DNA from: Promethearchaeia archaeon
GTDB taxonomy: Archaea > Asgardarchaeota > Lokiarchaeia > Sigyniarchaeales > SOKP01
NCBI GenBank assembly: GCA_029856045.1
Contig: JAHQWG010000028.1
Coordinates: forward strand, 192,001-256,000
Direction: 5' to 3'
Length of the DNA stretch: 64,000 nt
Shown: in pieces, positions 1 through 9,900 of the stretch
How positions within the stretch are numbered: the first letter of the stretch is position 1
Layout: each line of letters begins with the position of its first letter
Program-made: the position numbers and the translations under genes
Notes under the pieces: model-generated
The model's database searches: none
Seen by the model: the letters and a program-made list of their open reading frames with translations, nothing else
What the model was told of the DNA's origin: nothing

Positions 1-114
1 GATATTTTAATCCATCAGTATTTTGGGATTGATCTTGAATTAACTTGGGAAGTTGTTAAAAGGGATATTCTTGATTTAAAGAAGAAAATTCAAAAAATAA
101 TAAATAATTTGTAA
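1..114 (+). CDS. 3' end of a HepT-like (DUF86) HEPN ribonuclease, cut by the window edge
   Basis: Frame 1 reads DILIHQYFGIDLELTWEVVKRDILDLKKKIQKIINNL*, the (R)xxxxHxY-xxD-xxxxW tail typical of DUF86/HepT. Confidence 0.75.
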   Translation, partial: DILIHQYFGIDLELTWEVVKRDILDLKKKIQKIINNL

Positions 115-167
115 AAATAATACAAATCCAAGAAGATATAAGAAAGAATAGATGTGATTTTTAAAAA

Positions 168-1088
168 ATGCCAATTGGACTTTTTTTGTATGAAATAGAC
201 GAATCGTTTGGTCCTAATCTATTAGCAGAATATTATATTAAGGAGATTGGAATAACGAAAGAGATATTAAAAAACTTAGGCGATAATCATTTAAAAAAAA
301 CAGACTTAAATTATATCACTCATACAAGGGATGATTTAAAGTATTATTCAAAAGAAATTAAATTAGATGAAAAATTATCAATATATTTAGGTTTTATAAC
401 AACATCAGGAGAGTTTATTGATTCTTTTATAGCAGTTTTTGATGATATTGAAGCAAAAATCGTGGAAAATTTTTCTAAAGATAAAGAAAAATTAAAATCC
501 CTTTTAAAAGAAATTCTTCATTCAAGAATTGAATTAGATGAGAAATTAAAAGAACCTAAATTAATTCGAGAAAAACTTAATGAACGAATAAAAGATCTTC
601 TAGATGAGGAAAGGATCCAAGAAGCAAGAAATTTAATTGATTTGGGTGAGATTATTCCTGATGAGATTGCTCAATCAGTAAAAATTGCGGAAGAATTATT
701 TAAATCTCAGGATTACAAAAATGCTAAAAAACATTATGTAAAAGCAGCAGAACTGGCAGAAAAAATAGAAGAACTTGAAATTCATAAAGTATTAGAGGAA
801 AAGGCAAAAACTGCTGAAAATTATCCAACTTATTTAAGGGAACGAGATGAAGCTTATAAAAATTTAAAATATATCTTAAGTGAAATTGATTTTAAAAAAG
901 ATGGATACTATTTACAAGCGATAGAACACATCAATAAGGCTGTGGAACTCTCCGAAAAACTCGATGATGATCTAATAATTACTGATCTAAATGAATTAAT
1001 TAATTTATGTAAAAATTGTTCTAATCTTTCTGAAAATATAAGACAAAATGATGAGATAATTAAGAATTTGCTAAAAAAGTTCATCTAA
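168..1088 (+). CDS. Longin/uDENN-like N-terminal domain plus helical (TPR-like) repeats
   Basis: N-terminus GLFLYEIDESFGPNLLAEYY resembles the longin/uDENN 'hhhxFDxxxGP' motif; C-terminal half has amphipathic helices such as AEELFKSQDYKNAKKHYVKAAEL. Confidence 0.55.
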   Translation: MPIGLFLYEIDESFGPNLLAEYYIKEIGITKEILKNLGDNHLKKTDLNYITHTRDDLKYYSKEIKLDEKLSIYLGFITTSGEFIDSFIAVFDDIEAKIVENFSKDKEKLKSLLKEILHSRIELDEKLKEPKLIREKLNERIKDLLDEERIQEARNLIDLGEIIPDEIAQSVKIAEELFKSQDYKNAKKHYVKAAELAEKIEELEIHKVLEEKAKTAENYPTYLRERDEAYKNLKYILSEIDFKKDGYYLQAIEHINKAVELSEKLDDDLIITDLNELINLCKNCSNLSENIRQNDEIIKNLLKKFI

Positions 1089-3017
1089 ATCTTTATTATC
1101 TTCAATTTTTTCTATAGATTCTCCACTTTCTTCTTCCGTTTCTTCTTCAAGACTATCTTCTGGAGTTTCTTTGATTACATCCTCCTTGATTTCGGTTGGA
1201 GTATCCTTAATTTCGATGAAATCTTCTTCCATTTTAGTTCTATCTTCCATTTTATCGGTTAGACTCTCATCTTCTGGAGGAGAATAATCTTCAATTTGCT
1301 CGAATGTTGTTTTTGCCATTTCCCAACCAATTCTTGATGGATATCGCATAGCAGAACGAATTAATTCCTCCCCTTCTTCATCATTTATCTCAAACTTAAC
1401 AATTTCAGGTGCCCTTTCAAGAATTAAAGAAAATTTCTTCCCTGCAGTTCCCCTAGGGACAATTAAAATTCCATTCGTTATTGCTCTATTAATAATAGCA
1501 TCATTTAATCTTTTTGCAGCATAATATGCTGCCACTCCTCCACTTCGATCAAATGCTTTTATAGATGGAATTTCCAAACCCCACCTTTTCATACCGAATT
1601 CAATCATTGCAGCAATAGTGTATTCTCGTTTCCCGATTTTAAATTTATATTCCATTTCATAATTAAAATCCTTTTTATTCACTTCTCCTAAGTCTATAAT
1701 ACTTTTTAACGCAGCTCCTGCAATTGAAGCTGGATTAACTTTAATGAGATATTCGGTGTCAAATATTTCTTCAATCTTTTTACGAGCTGCTGATAATTTA
1801 GATGAAATTATTGTTGTCTCTGCAGATATTGAAGGAGGTTGAGCTGTAGCCACAATATCTACCTCCAGTGAAGATAATTCTTCAAGAGACATCTCCCTAT
1901 TAATTATTTTATTAATAAATCTATTGCACAATTTAATTGCATCCCTTGGATTTCCCCCTGATTTTTCATAAATTACCTTTATTACTTCTTCATTTAACGG
2001 AAAAAGCGGATATAAGGGTGGATTTAAGTTATTCTGGTCCCAAAAATGCTCCATAGTATTCGCAAAGAAAAGTTTTAAATCATTCAAACTAAATGGTTTG
2101 AGTTCTTGTTCGGCTTCCATTCGAGAACGTAATGGTTGGTCAGCAATCTCCAAAATACGTGGCCATATCTCTTTCAGAACTGCAATCACTATAACTAATT
2201 TTTGAACTTCATTATATTGCTTTTTTAATACTTCTAAGAATTTTTGTTCTGCAATCTCTCCATGCATTCTATAAGGAGATTCGATCTCATCAAAATACAA
2301 TACAATTACTTTATCCAAATTTTCTGTAATAATTTTAATCATTGCAAGACAAGTATCATCATCCTCGATTACACTATTTATTCCTAATTCATCTAATTCA
2401 TTATCTTCAAGATCCTCCCCAAGTAACCAGCGCTCAGCTAGCGCTTTTTTATCTTTTTCTAAACGGAAATAGACTAATGCTTTGACAATATCAGCACCCA
2501 CACCAGGAAATTCTCTAATTCCACGTTGAATAACATCATCAGCTTTAGGCCTACTGAAAAATCCTCTTTTTTTTCCACCCCACTTAGTTACTAATTTTTC
2601 TGAAACAATTTTTATAACATCTGCTCCTAATTCTTCTATAATACATGTATAAATATGAAATAATACTCTAACGCTTGCTGGAGGCGAAGGAACGTATACA
2701 ATTGTCCAATTTATAGGTTCTAAACCTTCTACTTCAAATTCTTCTACTTGCCCAATTTTATCTTTATAAGCCCAAAATGCGTGAGTTTTTCCACTTCCAG
2801 CGCTACCTAGAATTGGAATTAACCTAGTTGACTTATCCCTATTTGTTTGTTTTATTACTCGGAAAATATTTCGGTCAATCTCTTTTCTTGGATTTGCAAT
2901 GTCAATTATATCAGGCAAATCTCCACGAGATACAAATTTATCAAAAAGTGTAAAAGTTCCTTCTCTTAAAACATCCAAATATAATTCCTTTTCATCTTCA
3001 CTAATATCTTTAAACAT
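1071..3017 (-). CDS. AAA+ P-loop ATPase (BrxD/DUF2791-like or ORC/Cdc6-like) with acidic tail
   Basis: Walker A GSAGSGKT, Walker B VLYFDEIE, WLLGE motif, sensor-like SGGNPR, E/D-rich C-terminus. Confidence 0.7.
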   Translation of the reverse strand: MFKDISEDEKELYLDVLREGTFTLFDKFVSRGDLPDIIDIANPRKEIDRNIFRVIKQTNRDKSTRLIPILGSAGSGKTHAFWAYKDKIGQVEEFEVEGLEPINWTIVYVPSPPASVRVLFHIYTCIIEELGADVIKIVSEKLVTKWGGKKRGFFSRPKADDVIQRGIREFPGVGADIVKALVYFRLEKDKKALAERWLLGEDLEDNELDELGINSVIEDDDTCLAMIKIITENLDKVIVLYFDEIESPYRMHGEIAEQKFLEVLKKQYNEVQKLVIVIAVLKEIWPRILEIADQPLRSRMEAEQELKPFSLNDLKLFFANTMEHFWDQNNLNPPLYPLFPLNEEVIKVIYEKSGGNPRDAIKLCNRFINKIINREMSLEELSSLEVDIVATAQPPSISAETTIISSKLSAARKKIEEIFDTEYLIKVNPASIAGAALKSIIDLGEVNKKDFNYEMEYKFKIGKREYTIAAMIEFGMKRWGLEIPSIKAFDRSGGVAAYYAAKRLNDAIINRAITNGILIVPRGTAGKKFSLILERAPEIVKFEINDEEGEELIRSAMRYPSRIGWEMAKTTFEQIEDYSPPEDESLTDKMEDRTKMEEDFIEIKDTPTEIKEDVIKETPEDSLEEETEEESGESIEKIEDNKDLDELF

Positions 3018-3156
3018 GAGAATTTCGCTATTATTTTTTAATTTAAAATTTTAATTTTGAAGATATAATTGATTAAATATATATTTATTAGCCATTCCTT
3101 TCTTATATATAATTGTTTAATTTAAATAATCGTTATTAAATTTATATCAATAGAAT

Positions 3157-3807
3157 TTGGATAAAAAAGGTGGAAATTTTTTGAATAAAAAAAATAATGA
3201 TGATGAACATGAAGATGATTTTGACAAAAATGATGAATGGGGCGACCTTTGGGGAAACTTTAAATTTTTAGGGGATTCAAATTTTTTTAAGAACATTATC
3301 AATAGAATTATGAAGGACTTTTTAAAGCAAACTAAAGATTTTCCAAATTTCGGCAAATTTACACCTGAAGAATTAATGAAAAGCTTTGGAAAACATCACG
3401 ATAAATTTAATTTGCAGGGACCTTTTTTATATGGCATTAATTTATCTGTTGGACCTGATGGAAAGCCAAAAATTTCAAAATTTGGTAATATTCAACCTAA
3501 AATGGGTAAAAGAGAAATTGTAAATAACTTTCGTGAACCTCTCACTGAGGTTATGGAAGAGGAAGATTATATTATTATAGTTGCAGAAATGCCAGGAATA
3601 AAGAAAACCGATATAGAATTAAAGGCAACTGAATATTCTTTAACAATAAGTGCAGAATCGGATATTAATAAACGAAAATATAAAAAAAATGTTAATTTAC
3701 TTACTGCTATTGATCCTGATCACGCTAAAGCCCGTTATCAAAATGGGATTTTAGAGATTAAGCTAAATAAAATTACAGGAAAAGCGAAAAATATTAGCAT
3801 TGATTAA
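3157..3807 (+). CDS. hsp20: Archaeal small heat-shock protein (Hsp20/alpha-crystallin)
   Basis: GPDGKPKISKFGNI, REPLTEV, IVAEMPGIKKTDIEL, AKARYQNGILEIKL and C-terminal I-x-I motif. Confidence 0.92.
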   Translation: MDKKGGNFLNKKNNDDEHEDDFDKNDEWGDLWGNFKFLGDSNFFKNIINRIMKDFLKQTKDFPNFGKFTPEELMKSFGKHHDKFNLQGPFLYGINLSVGPDGKPKISKFGNIQPKMGKREIVNNFREPLTEVMEEEDYIIIVAEMPGIKKTDIELKATEYSLTISAESDINKRKYKKNVNLLTAIDPDHAKARYQNGILEIKLNKITGKAKNISID

Positions 3808-3817
3808 CCTGGCTGAA

Positions 3818-4759
3818 TTAAAACTTTAATTTTTTAATAAAATCTCTAGTGAACTCTTCGTTTATTATTAATTGATCCTTGTTTGTTTCTTCATTTTTAA
3901 TTAGTATTATATTTGAAGAAAATCCTGCTCGCCCATTATGACCTCCACCACCATAACTAATGGCTATATCTCGGCAATTATAATGTTTGCTCCTAATTAC
4001 TACTTCATTTGTACGTTCATCAAACCCCATATAAAGATAATTATTGGGATATTTCGTCTCAAGTGTTCTACTAATTTTGCTTGCACTAAATCTCGCGAAT
4101 GAAATTACTAAGTTTTTACCGTTTTCAATGGGATAGATTTTATAATTTTTTTCAATCTCAATAATTTGCTCCTCTTTCCATTTTTGAGCCTTTTTTATTT
4201 CATTCTTGATAAAATAATCATTGAATTTCCCCTTTGAAAGTAAATCAACTATTCTTTCTAAATTTTTAATGTTCTCTCTATTATATGCAATAATCATCTG
4301 TAAATTTTGAGAAATTGGAAACTTTTTCTCGTTAAAATCAGCATCATATGCATAATTAGCGATTTCTTTTGCAATTGGGTTATTTGGTAAAAAATAATCG
4401 TATACAATTTGAGAAGCACATCGTTGAGGATCATTTAGATAAATGAATAAAATTTGTTTTAGTTGTTCTTGTATCTGAGAATCTACAAGATGATGATCAA
4501 ACCAAGAAATTTGAATACCTTTATTCACTGCCTTTTTAAAAATCGAAAAGATTTCCTTAAATGACTCATTAAATCCAATATCTGCTATAATAATTTTCTT
4601 TGGTTTTAGCTTTATAGCTTGGCGAACTATTTCAATAAAATTGGGATAAATTGCATAAAATAAATTTAATTCCTCGTCTTTCTTTTCAAAATATTTTTTC
4701 AAAATTGCTTGACTTCCTAATCCATCTAAATCAAGTGCATGATTTATTAAAATAATCAT
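3818..4759 (-). CDS. DHH/DHHA1 family phosphoesterase
   Basis: DLDG, IADIG, WFDHH and GGGHNGRAG motifs. Confidence 0.88.
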   Translation of the reverse strand: MIILINHALDLDGLGSQAILKKYFEKKDEELNLFYAIYPNFIEIVRQAIKLKPKKIIIADIGFNESFKEIFSIFKKAVNKGIQISWFDHHLVDSQIQEQLKQILFIYLNDPQRCASQIVYDYFLPNNPIAKEIANYAYDADFNEKKFPISQNLQMIIAYNRENIKNLERIVDLLSKGKFNDYFIKNEIKKAQKWKEEQIIEIEKNYKIYPIENGKNLVISFARFSASKISRTLETKYPNNYLYMGFDERTNEVVIRSKHYNCRDIAISYGGGGHNGRAGFSSNIILIKNEETNKDQLIINEEFTRDFIKKLKF

Positions 4760-5217
4760 AGTTCAACAATTTGACATTCTTTCTTTATTGTATTTATAAT
4801 TTTTTGGGCAGAAGGATTAGTAATATGTTTTAATATAATTTCTGCAAGTTCTTTTTTCTTCTTGAAATAAGTTTCCATTACTTTATTCCAAGTCGTCCTT
4901 GGATATCTCTGAGAGAGTGCAAGATCTCTGCGTTCACATCCACCTGCTCGCATGCAACAATAACTAATCGATCCAAAACAAACAGTTTCCGAATCCCAGT
5001 TATTTTCTTTAGAAAATTCTTCTTTAATTTTCACAAATTCTTCGGGAGTAAGTCCTACTTCTTTTAATGTATGATCTCTCAAACATTTTAATCCAAAAGT
5101 TAATGAATATCCTGGCTTACAACAAAACGTTAAAGCTCTATAATCTCCTCCCATACAAATTGGGACAGGAGCATTTTTCCAACCAATAACATTTCTTAAT
5201 TTTTCTTTATCTAACAA
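4756..5217 (-). CDS. Methanogenesis marker 9-like Cys-rich domain protein
   Basis: GWKNAPVPICMGGDYRALTFCCKP ... CFGSISYCC ... C..RDLAL; 4-nt overlap with the DHH gene. Confidence 0.75.
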   Translation of the reverse strand: MLDKEKLRNVIGWKNAPVPICMGGDYRALTFCCKPGYSLTFGLKCLRDHTLKEVGLTPEEFVKIKEEFSKENNWDSETVCFGSISYCCMRAGGCERRDLALSQRYPRTTWNKVMETYFKKKKELAEIILKHITNPSAQKIINTIKKECQIVEL

Positions 5218-5345
5218 CCTTAATCAATAACTTAAGTTGTCAATTTTATTTATAATTAATAATTTTTAAAAATAAAGATAAAATTTGGGGAAAGATTGTT
5301 TCGCTGGAAGAATTAAAGGCGTGAATAAAAGAAAATAAGGTTTAA

Positions 5346-6851
5346 TTAAACAGTTTCGGGAATTAAAATCACAAAATTGCTTCCTTTTGTATAATCTCCT
5401 GGAACTCTGTCCTCAACCCAAATCTCTCCATTATAATTTTCTAATATTTTTTTCACAAGTGATAATCCTAAACCCATACCTCTAAATTTTTTATCTCTTT
5501 TATACCCTCCTTTAAAAATTATATCTTTTGCAACATCCGTTACCCCTATTCCATTATCTTTAAACTCAAGTTTCAAATATTTAATACCTTCTTTTTGAAT
5601 TTTTGAAATAATAATGATAATTTCAACTTGTGTATTATCATTATACTTCACTGAATTTAATAAAATATTTTCAAAAATATCGACCAGGAGTTCATTTGCT
5701 TGAATAAAGACCTTTTCAAAATTTGTATCAACTTTAATTAATATCTCTCTATCTTGGACACTCTTTTTAACAAATTCTATTGTTTTCCTTAAAAGATTAA
5801 TTGCTTCAGTTGATTTGATACCAATTTGAGTTTCTTCCAGTTTTGTTAGTTTTCGTACATTTAAGATTAAATTTGCACTTCTCTTAACTTGGCTTCTTAA
5901 AATTTGCAATATTTCCTTATTTTCTTCCGATTTTTCAGGGTTGTCCAAAAATAAGGACAATAATTCCACGGAAGTTAAAATATTTTGAAGGATGTTATTC
6001 ATATCGTGAGTAAATACGTCTTTATAAAAACTTACAAGGTTATAAGCATCTCGATATTTTGCCTCAGATTCTTTTATTTTTTCTTCTGCCTTCTTGCGCT
6101 TGGTAACATCACTAATCACACATCTTAATCCCGTAATTCTTCCTTCTTTATAAATTGGTCGGGAATTTATTCTACCATAAAATTTGGTACCATCCTTTTT
6201 TAATAGTAGATAATCGATAGGTCCGATAATTTCTCCATTAAAAACTTTTTTCATATTTTTACTTGCCTTTACTAAATCTTCGGGAGCAATCATTTGGATA
6301 ACTTTCAAACCTTTATTAAAATCTTCTTGGGAATACCCAAATAGTTCAAATGCAATTGAATTAGCATATGTTAGCTCTAATTTAGTATTAACCTCGGCAA
6401 CTAGATCAGGTAATAATTCGACCAATTCTCTATATCTTTCTTCAGATTCTTTTAATTTTTGCTCAGCATTCTTTTGCTTGGTGATGTCTATAACGACTTC
6501 AACAGCTTTATCAATGGTTCCATCTAGATTTGGGAATGGAGCTGAAATCAATTTATAACTTTTTCCATCAGGTTTTGTTATTTCCTCACTCTCTACAATA
6601 TTGTTTTTTATTGCTTTTACCATAGGACAGAAATCGCATGGTTTTTCAAGGTTCATATATTTTTCATAACATTTTTCTCCTGTAAAATCACCATATCTTT
6701 CTATTAAAAATTGATTTTGAAACAGAATTTTATAATCAATACTAACAATATCAATACCAATCCCTACATAAGTTAATCCTTCTACTAAAGAACGATATTT
6801 TTCTTCAGATTCTTCTAATTTTTTCTCTCTAGTATTCATTTTTAAATACAA
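5346..6851 (-). CDS. Cytoplasmic PAS-PAS sensor histidine kinase
   Basis: Two PAS/PAC blocks ending DIT/DVT, H-box FTHDMNNILQ, N-box ENILLNSVKY, G1 DNGIG, G2 GMGLGL. Confidence 0.93.
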   Translation of the reverse strand: MYLKMNTREKKLEESEEKYRSLVEGLTYVGIGIDIVSIDYKILFQNQFLIERYGDFTGEKCYEKYMNLEKPCDFCPMVKAIKNNIVESEEITKPDGKSYKLISAPFPNLDGTIDKAVEVVIDITKQKNAEQKLKESEERYRELVELLPDLVAEVNTKLELTYANSIAFELFGYSQEDFNKGLKVIQMIAPEDLVKASKNMKKVFNGEIIGPIDYLLLKKDGTKFYGRINSRPIYKEGRITGLRCVISDVTKRKKAEEKIKESEAKYRDAYNLVSFYKDVFTHDMNNILQNILTSVELLSLFLDNPEKSEENKEILQILRSQVKRSANLILNVRKLTKLEETQIGIKSTEAINLLRKTIEFVKKSVQDREILIKVDTNFEKVFIQANELLVDIFENILLNSVKYNDNTQVEIIIIISKIQKEGIKYLKLEFKDNGIGVTDVAKDIIFKGGYKRDKKFRGMGLGLSLVKKILENYNGEIWVEDRVPGDYTKGSNFVILIPETV

Positions 6852-7072
6852 TTTCTGCTACTAATAGGATTTATGGAATTCTTGCTTCCCTTAAAATAAA
6901 TTAATATTAGACTATTATAAAGATTCATAAATTTATTTTTAAATATCGTCTTAAGATTTTAAATACAAAAATATAATACTAATTTATACTTAAATAGATA
7001 TTTAGAATAAGTTGAATAAATGGCTAAAACACCTTATATCATATGTTCTTAAAAAAATTAGTTTCAAATTAC

Positions 7073-7528
7073 TTATAGATTATGTATTTCTTTTTCAATG
7101 TTTTTTTGCCAATGTGGATCAATACAGTCCAATGCTTCTAGAGTCAAATCTTTAATCTCCGTATCGCTTGAATTAAATAAAATATTTAAATATGCTAAAG
7201 CCCTTTCATCACCAATTTTCATTAAGCTTTCAATAATATAAAATAAGCGCATTTTATCAATAAATTCTCTATCAAATTCCCTTTTTAAAACTTCTATAAT
7301 ACTCATCGTTGCCTTGGGGTGCCCAATTCTGCCCAATGCTTCAATAATTCTATTTATTACCGAAGGATTCTTTTCGGATTTAAATGCTTTTACTAGTAAA
7401 TTGACTGCTCGTCCATCTCTCATATAACCTAGGTTTCTTGCAGCATATGCTCTATCTTCCCATTTTTCTTCATTGAAAAGTCTCCTTAGATTTTCATTGA
7501 AATCATGATCTCGCGATTTTTTATTCAA
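7073..7528 (-). CDS. HEAT/PBS-lyase repeat protein
   Basis: Repeats RAYAARNLG..DGRAV, IIEALGRIGHPKA, SLMKIGDERAL. Confidence 0.85.
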   Translation of the reverse strand: MNKKSRDHDFNENLRRLFNEEKWEDRAYAARNLGYMRDGRAVNLLVKAFKSEKNPSVINRIIEALGRIGHPKATMSIIEVLKREFDREFIDKMRLFYIIESLMKIGDERALAYLNILFNSSDTEIKDLTLEALDCIDPHWQKNIEKEIHNL

Positions 7529-7911
7529 CTCAGATCAACTATATCTTTAAAACAATTAGAGTTTTGTATTTATAATTTATAAATTATATAAAATTGGGTA
7601 ATAACAGATAAATATTTTACGGGATTTTTGGATTATTTTAATTATTAGAACATAATAGGGCAAGAGTATTTATATTTTTCATATTATCATGGAATATTTG
7701 GATTATCTCAATTTTTTATTATGATTAAAAAATGTTATTTCTTTGGAATTTTCTTTAAATTAAATTAAGATTTTTGATGAAATTGAAAAATGCTCTATTT
7801 TTTTTCTAATATTCTTTTCCAAAATAATTAATTGCATTATCCAAATTAAAAAAATATTTTATTGATTCTTGATTATTACACATAAATTAAAATATTTATA
7901 CAGTAGGGAGT

Positions 7912-9399
7912 TTGGATAATTTGAGTGAAATTTTTGATATTATTGTTATTGGCGCTGGTCCAGGAGGTTATCATACTGCAATTAGATCTTCTCAATATGG
8001 TGCAAAAGTAGCTATTATCGAGAAAAATAAAGTTGGAGGCACATGTCTTAATGTTGGATGCATACCTACAAAAGCACTTTATGCTTCTGCAAAACTTATT
8101 GAAGATATTGAGGAAAAAGCTGCGAATTTTGGAGTAAAAATCGATAATATCTCATTAAATTTTGGACAAGCGGTAGAACGAAAGAATAAAGTTGTAGTGG
8201 AATTAGTTCAGGGTATAGAAGGACTTTTAAAAATGTGGAAAGTCAAAATCTATTACGGATTTGGTTCTTTAAGCGGAGGAAATCCAGAAAGTGGTTATGA
8301 AGTTTCAGTTAAGAGTGATGATTCAACTATAACAATTAAAGGAAAGAGAATTATTCTTGCTACAGGAGCAGAACCTGCAATGATACCTGCATTTAATATT
8401 GATCATGACCGAATATTAACAAGTGATGATATTCTCGCTCCAAATTTTAAGATTGTACCCAAAAGTCTTTTAGTAATTGGCGGTGGAGTTATTGGTTGTG
8501 AATTTTCAAATATATTTAATCGATTTGGCTCAAAAGTAACTATTCTCGAATATTTACCCACAATTCTTGCAACAGAAGAACCGATGATTGTGAAAGAATT
8601 AAAATCAAAATTTAATGAAATAGGTATTAAAATTTTTGAGAATCAAAATGTTATTAATATAGAAAATACAGGTTCTGGAGTAAAAGCTACGACTTGTTCC
8701 GCTTCTGTTCCTAGAGATCAAATTGAATCTGCAGAAAAATCATATTATGATGCAGAATATTGTCTCGTTTCTATAGGCAGAGCTAAAATGTCTGCTAATT
8801 TGGGTTTAGAAAAATTCAATATCGAACTCCAACGAGGTGCAATTAAAGTAGATCCCAACACTTTAGAAACAAGCGTAAAAGGAATTTATGCTATTGGTGA
8901 TGTTATTCCTGGGATCATGCTTGCACATGTAGCAAGTTATGAGGGAGATATCGCCGTAGCAAACGCATTATCAAGCCTTGGAGGTTTTAATATACATCCA
9001 AGAGAAGCAGATTATTCTATAGTACCTGCTACCATCTTTACAAGCCCGGAAATTGGATCAGTTGGAATGAGGAGAAAGTCGTTGAAAGATAGAGGATTAG
9101 ACACTTTTACTGGAAAATTTAGTTATGCGGCTTTAGGAAAGGCAAAATGCATGGGAGAGGATAAAGGTTTCATTATGGTGCTTGCAGATAAAGAAACCGA
9201 TGAAATTATTGGGGCATCGTGCATTGGAGCTGAAGCACCAGAACTGATTGCTGAAATCACACTCGCTATGAAAAATAATTTAACTTCCCATCAAATAGCT
9301 GAGACCATTCACAGTCATCCAACAATTTCTGAAATGGTTCTTGAAGGTGTCGAGGACGTTCATGGAATGTCAATCCATAGGAAAGGCAGAAGAAGATAA
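7912..9399 (+). CDS. lpdA: Dihydrolipoamide dehydrogenase (E3)
   Basis: GAGPGG FAD motif, GGTCLNVGCIPTK redox disulfide, GGGVIG NAD motif, HSHPTISE. Confidence 0.95.
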   Translation: MDNLSEIFDIIVIGAGPGGYHTAIRSSQYGAKVAIIEKNKVGGTCLNVGCIPTKALYASAKLIEDIEEKAANFGVKIDNISLNFGQAVERKNKVVVELVQGIEGLLKMWKVKIYYGFGSLSGGNPESGYEVSVKSDDSTITIKGKRIILATGAEPAMIPAFNIDHDRILTSDDILAPNFKIVPKSLLVIGGGVIGCEFSNIFNRFGSKVTILEYLPTILATEEPMIVKELKSKFNEIGIKIFENQNVINIENTGSGVKATTCSASVPRDQIESAEKSYYDAEYCLVSIGRAKMSANLGLEKFNIELQRGAIKVDPNTLETSVKGIYAIGDVIPGIMLAHVASYEGDIAVANALSSLGGFNIHPREADYSIVPATIFTSPEIGSVGMRRKSLKDRGLDTFTGKFSYAALGKAKCMGEDKGFIMVLADKETDEIIGASCIGAEAPELIAEITLAMKNNLTSHQIAETIHSHPTISEMVLEGVEDVHGMSIHRKGRRR

Positions 9400-9900
9400 A
9401 GAAATGGAAAAAAACCGCATTGCAGTTATTACTTTAAAAATACTCTTTTTTTTAATTTTTATTTTAGATTTCTTTATTATTGTAAGTTCGTTTTTATTAG
9501 GAAAGCGACAGACTCAATTAGAAAAAATTAAATAATTTCTTGAATCTATTCTGGTGCAGTCATTTTCTTTCTAATATAATTTTTCAGGATTAGCTCCCAT
9601 TTTTGAGCCAAATCATTTAATCCTGTTTTTCTAAAAAGTATAACAGAATCAGCAAGTATTTTCTTAATCGAGTTATTAAAATAAAACTCTTCTTGATTAA
9701 TCATATAGAAAAAATTAAGACAATCTTAAAAAAAATAAGATATTATTTAGGTAATACTATTAATTTAACACTATAATTACTATAATAAATAATAAATAAA
9801 TGGTCAAAGAAAGATTTAGGTATTTCCTAGTATATTCCAGTTAAATTTGTAGGAATGATTTTTATATTAAGGTGCAATATTAAAGAAAAATAAAGATTTT

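Noticed and set aside
9341-9704. Short ORFs after lpdA (64 aa on +, about 52 aa on -)
   Set aside because: No recognisable motifs; low-complexity AT-rich sequence and overlap with lpdA
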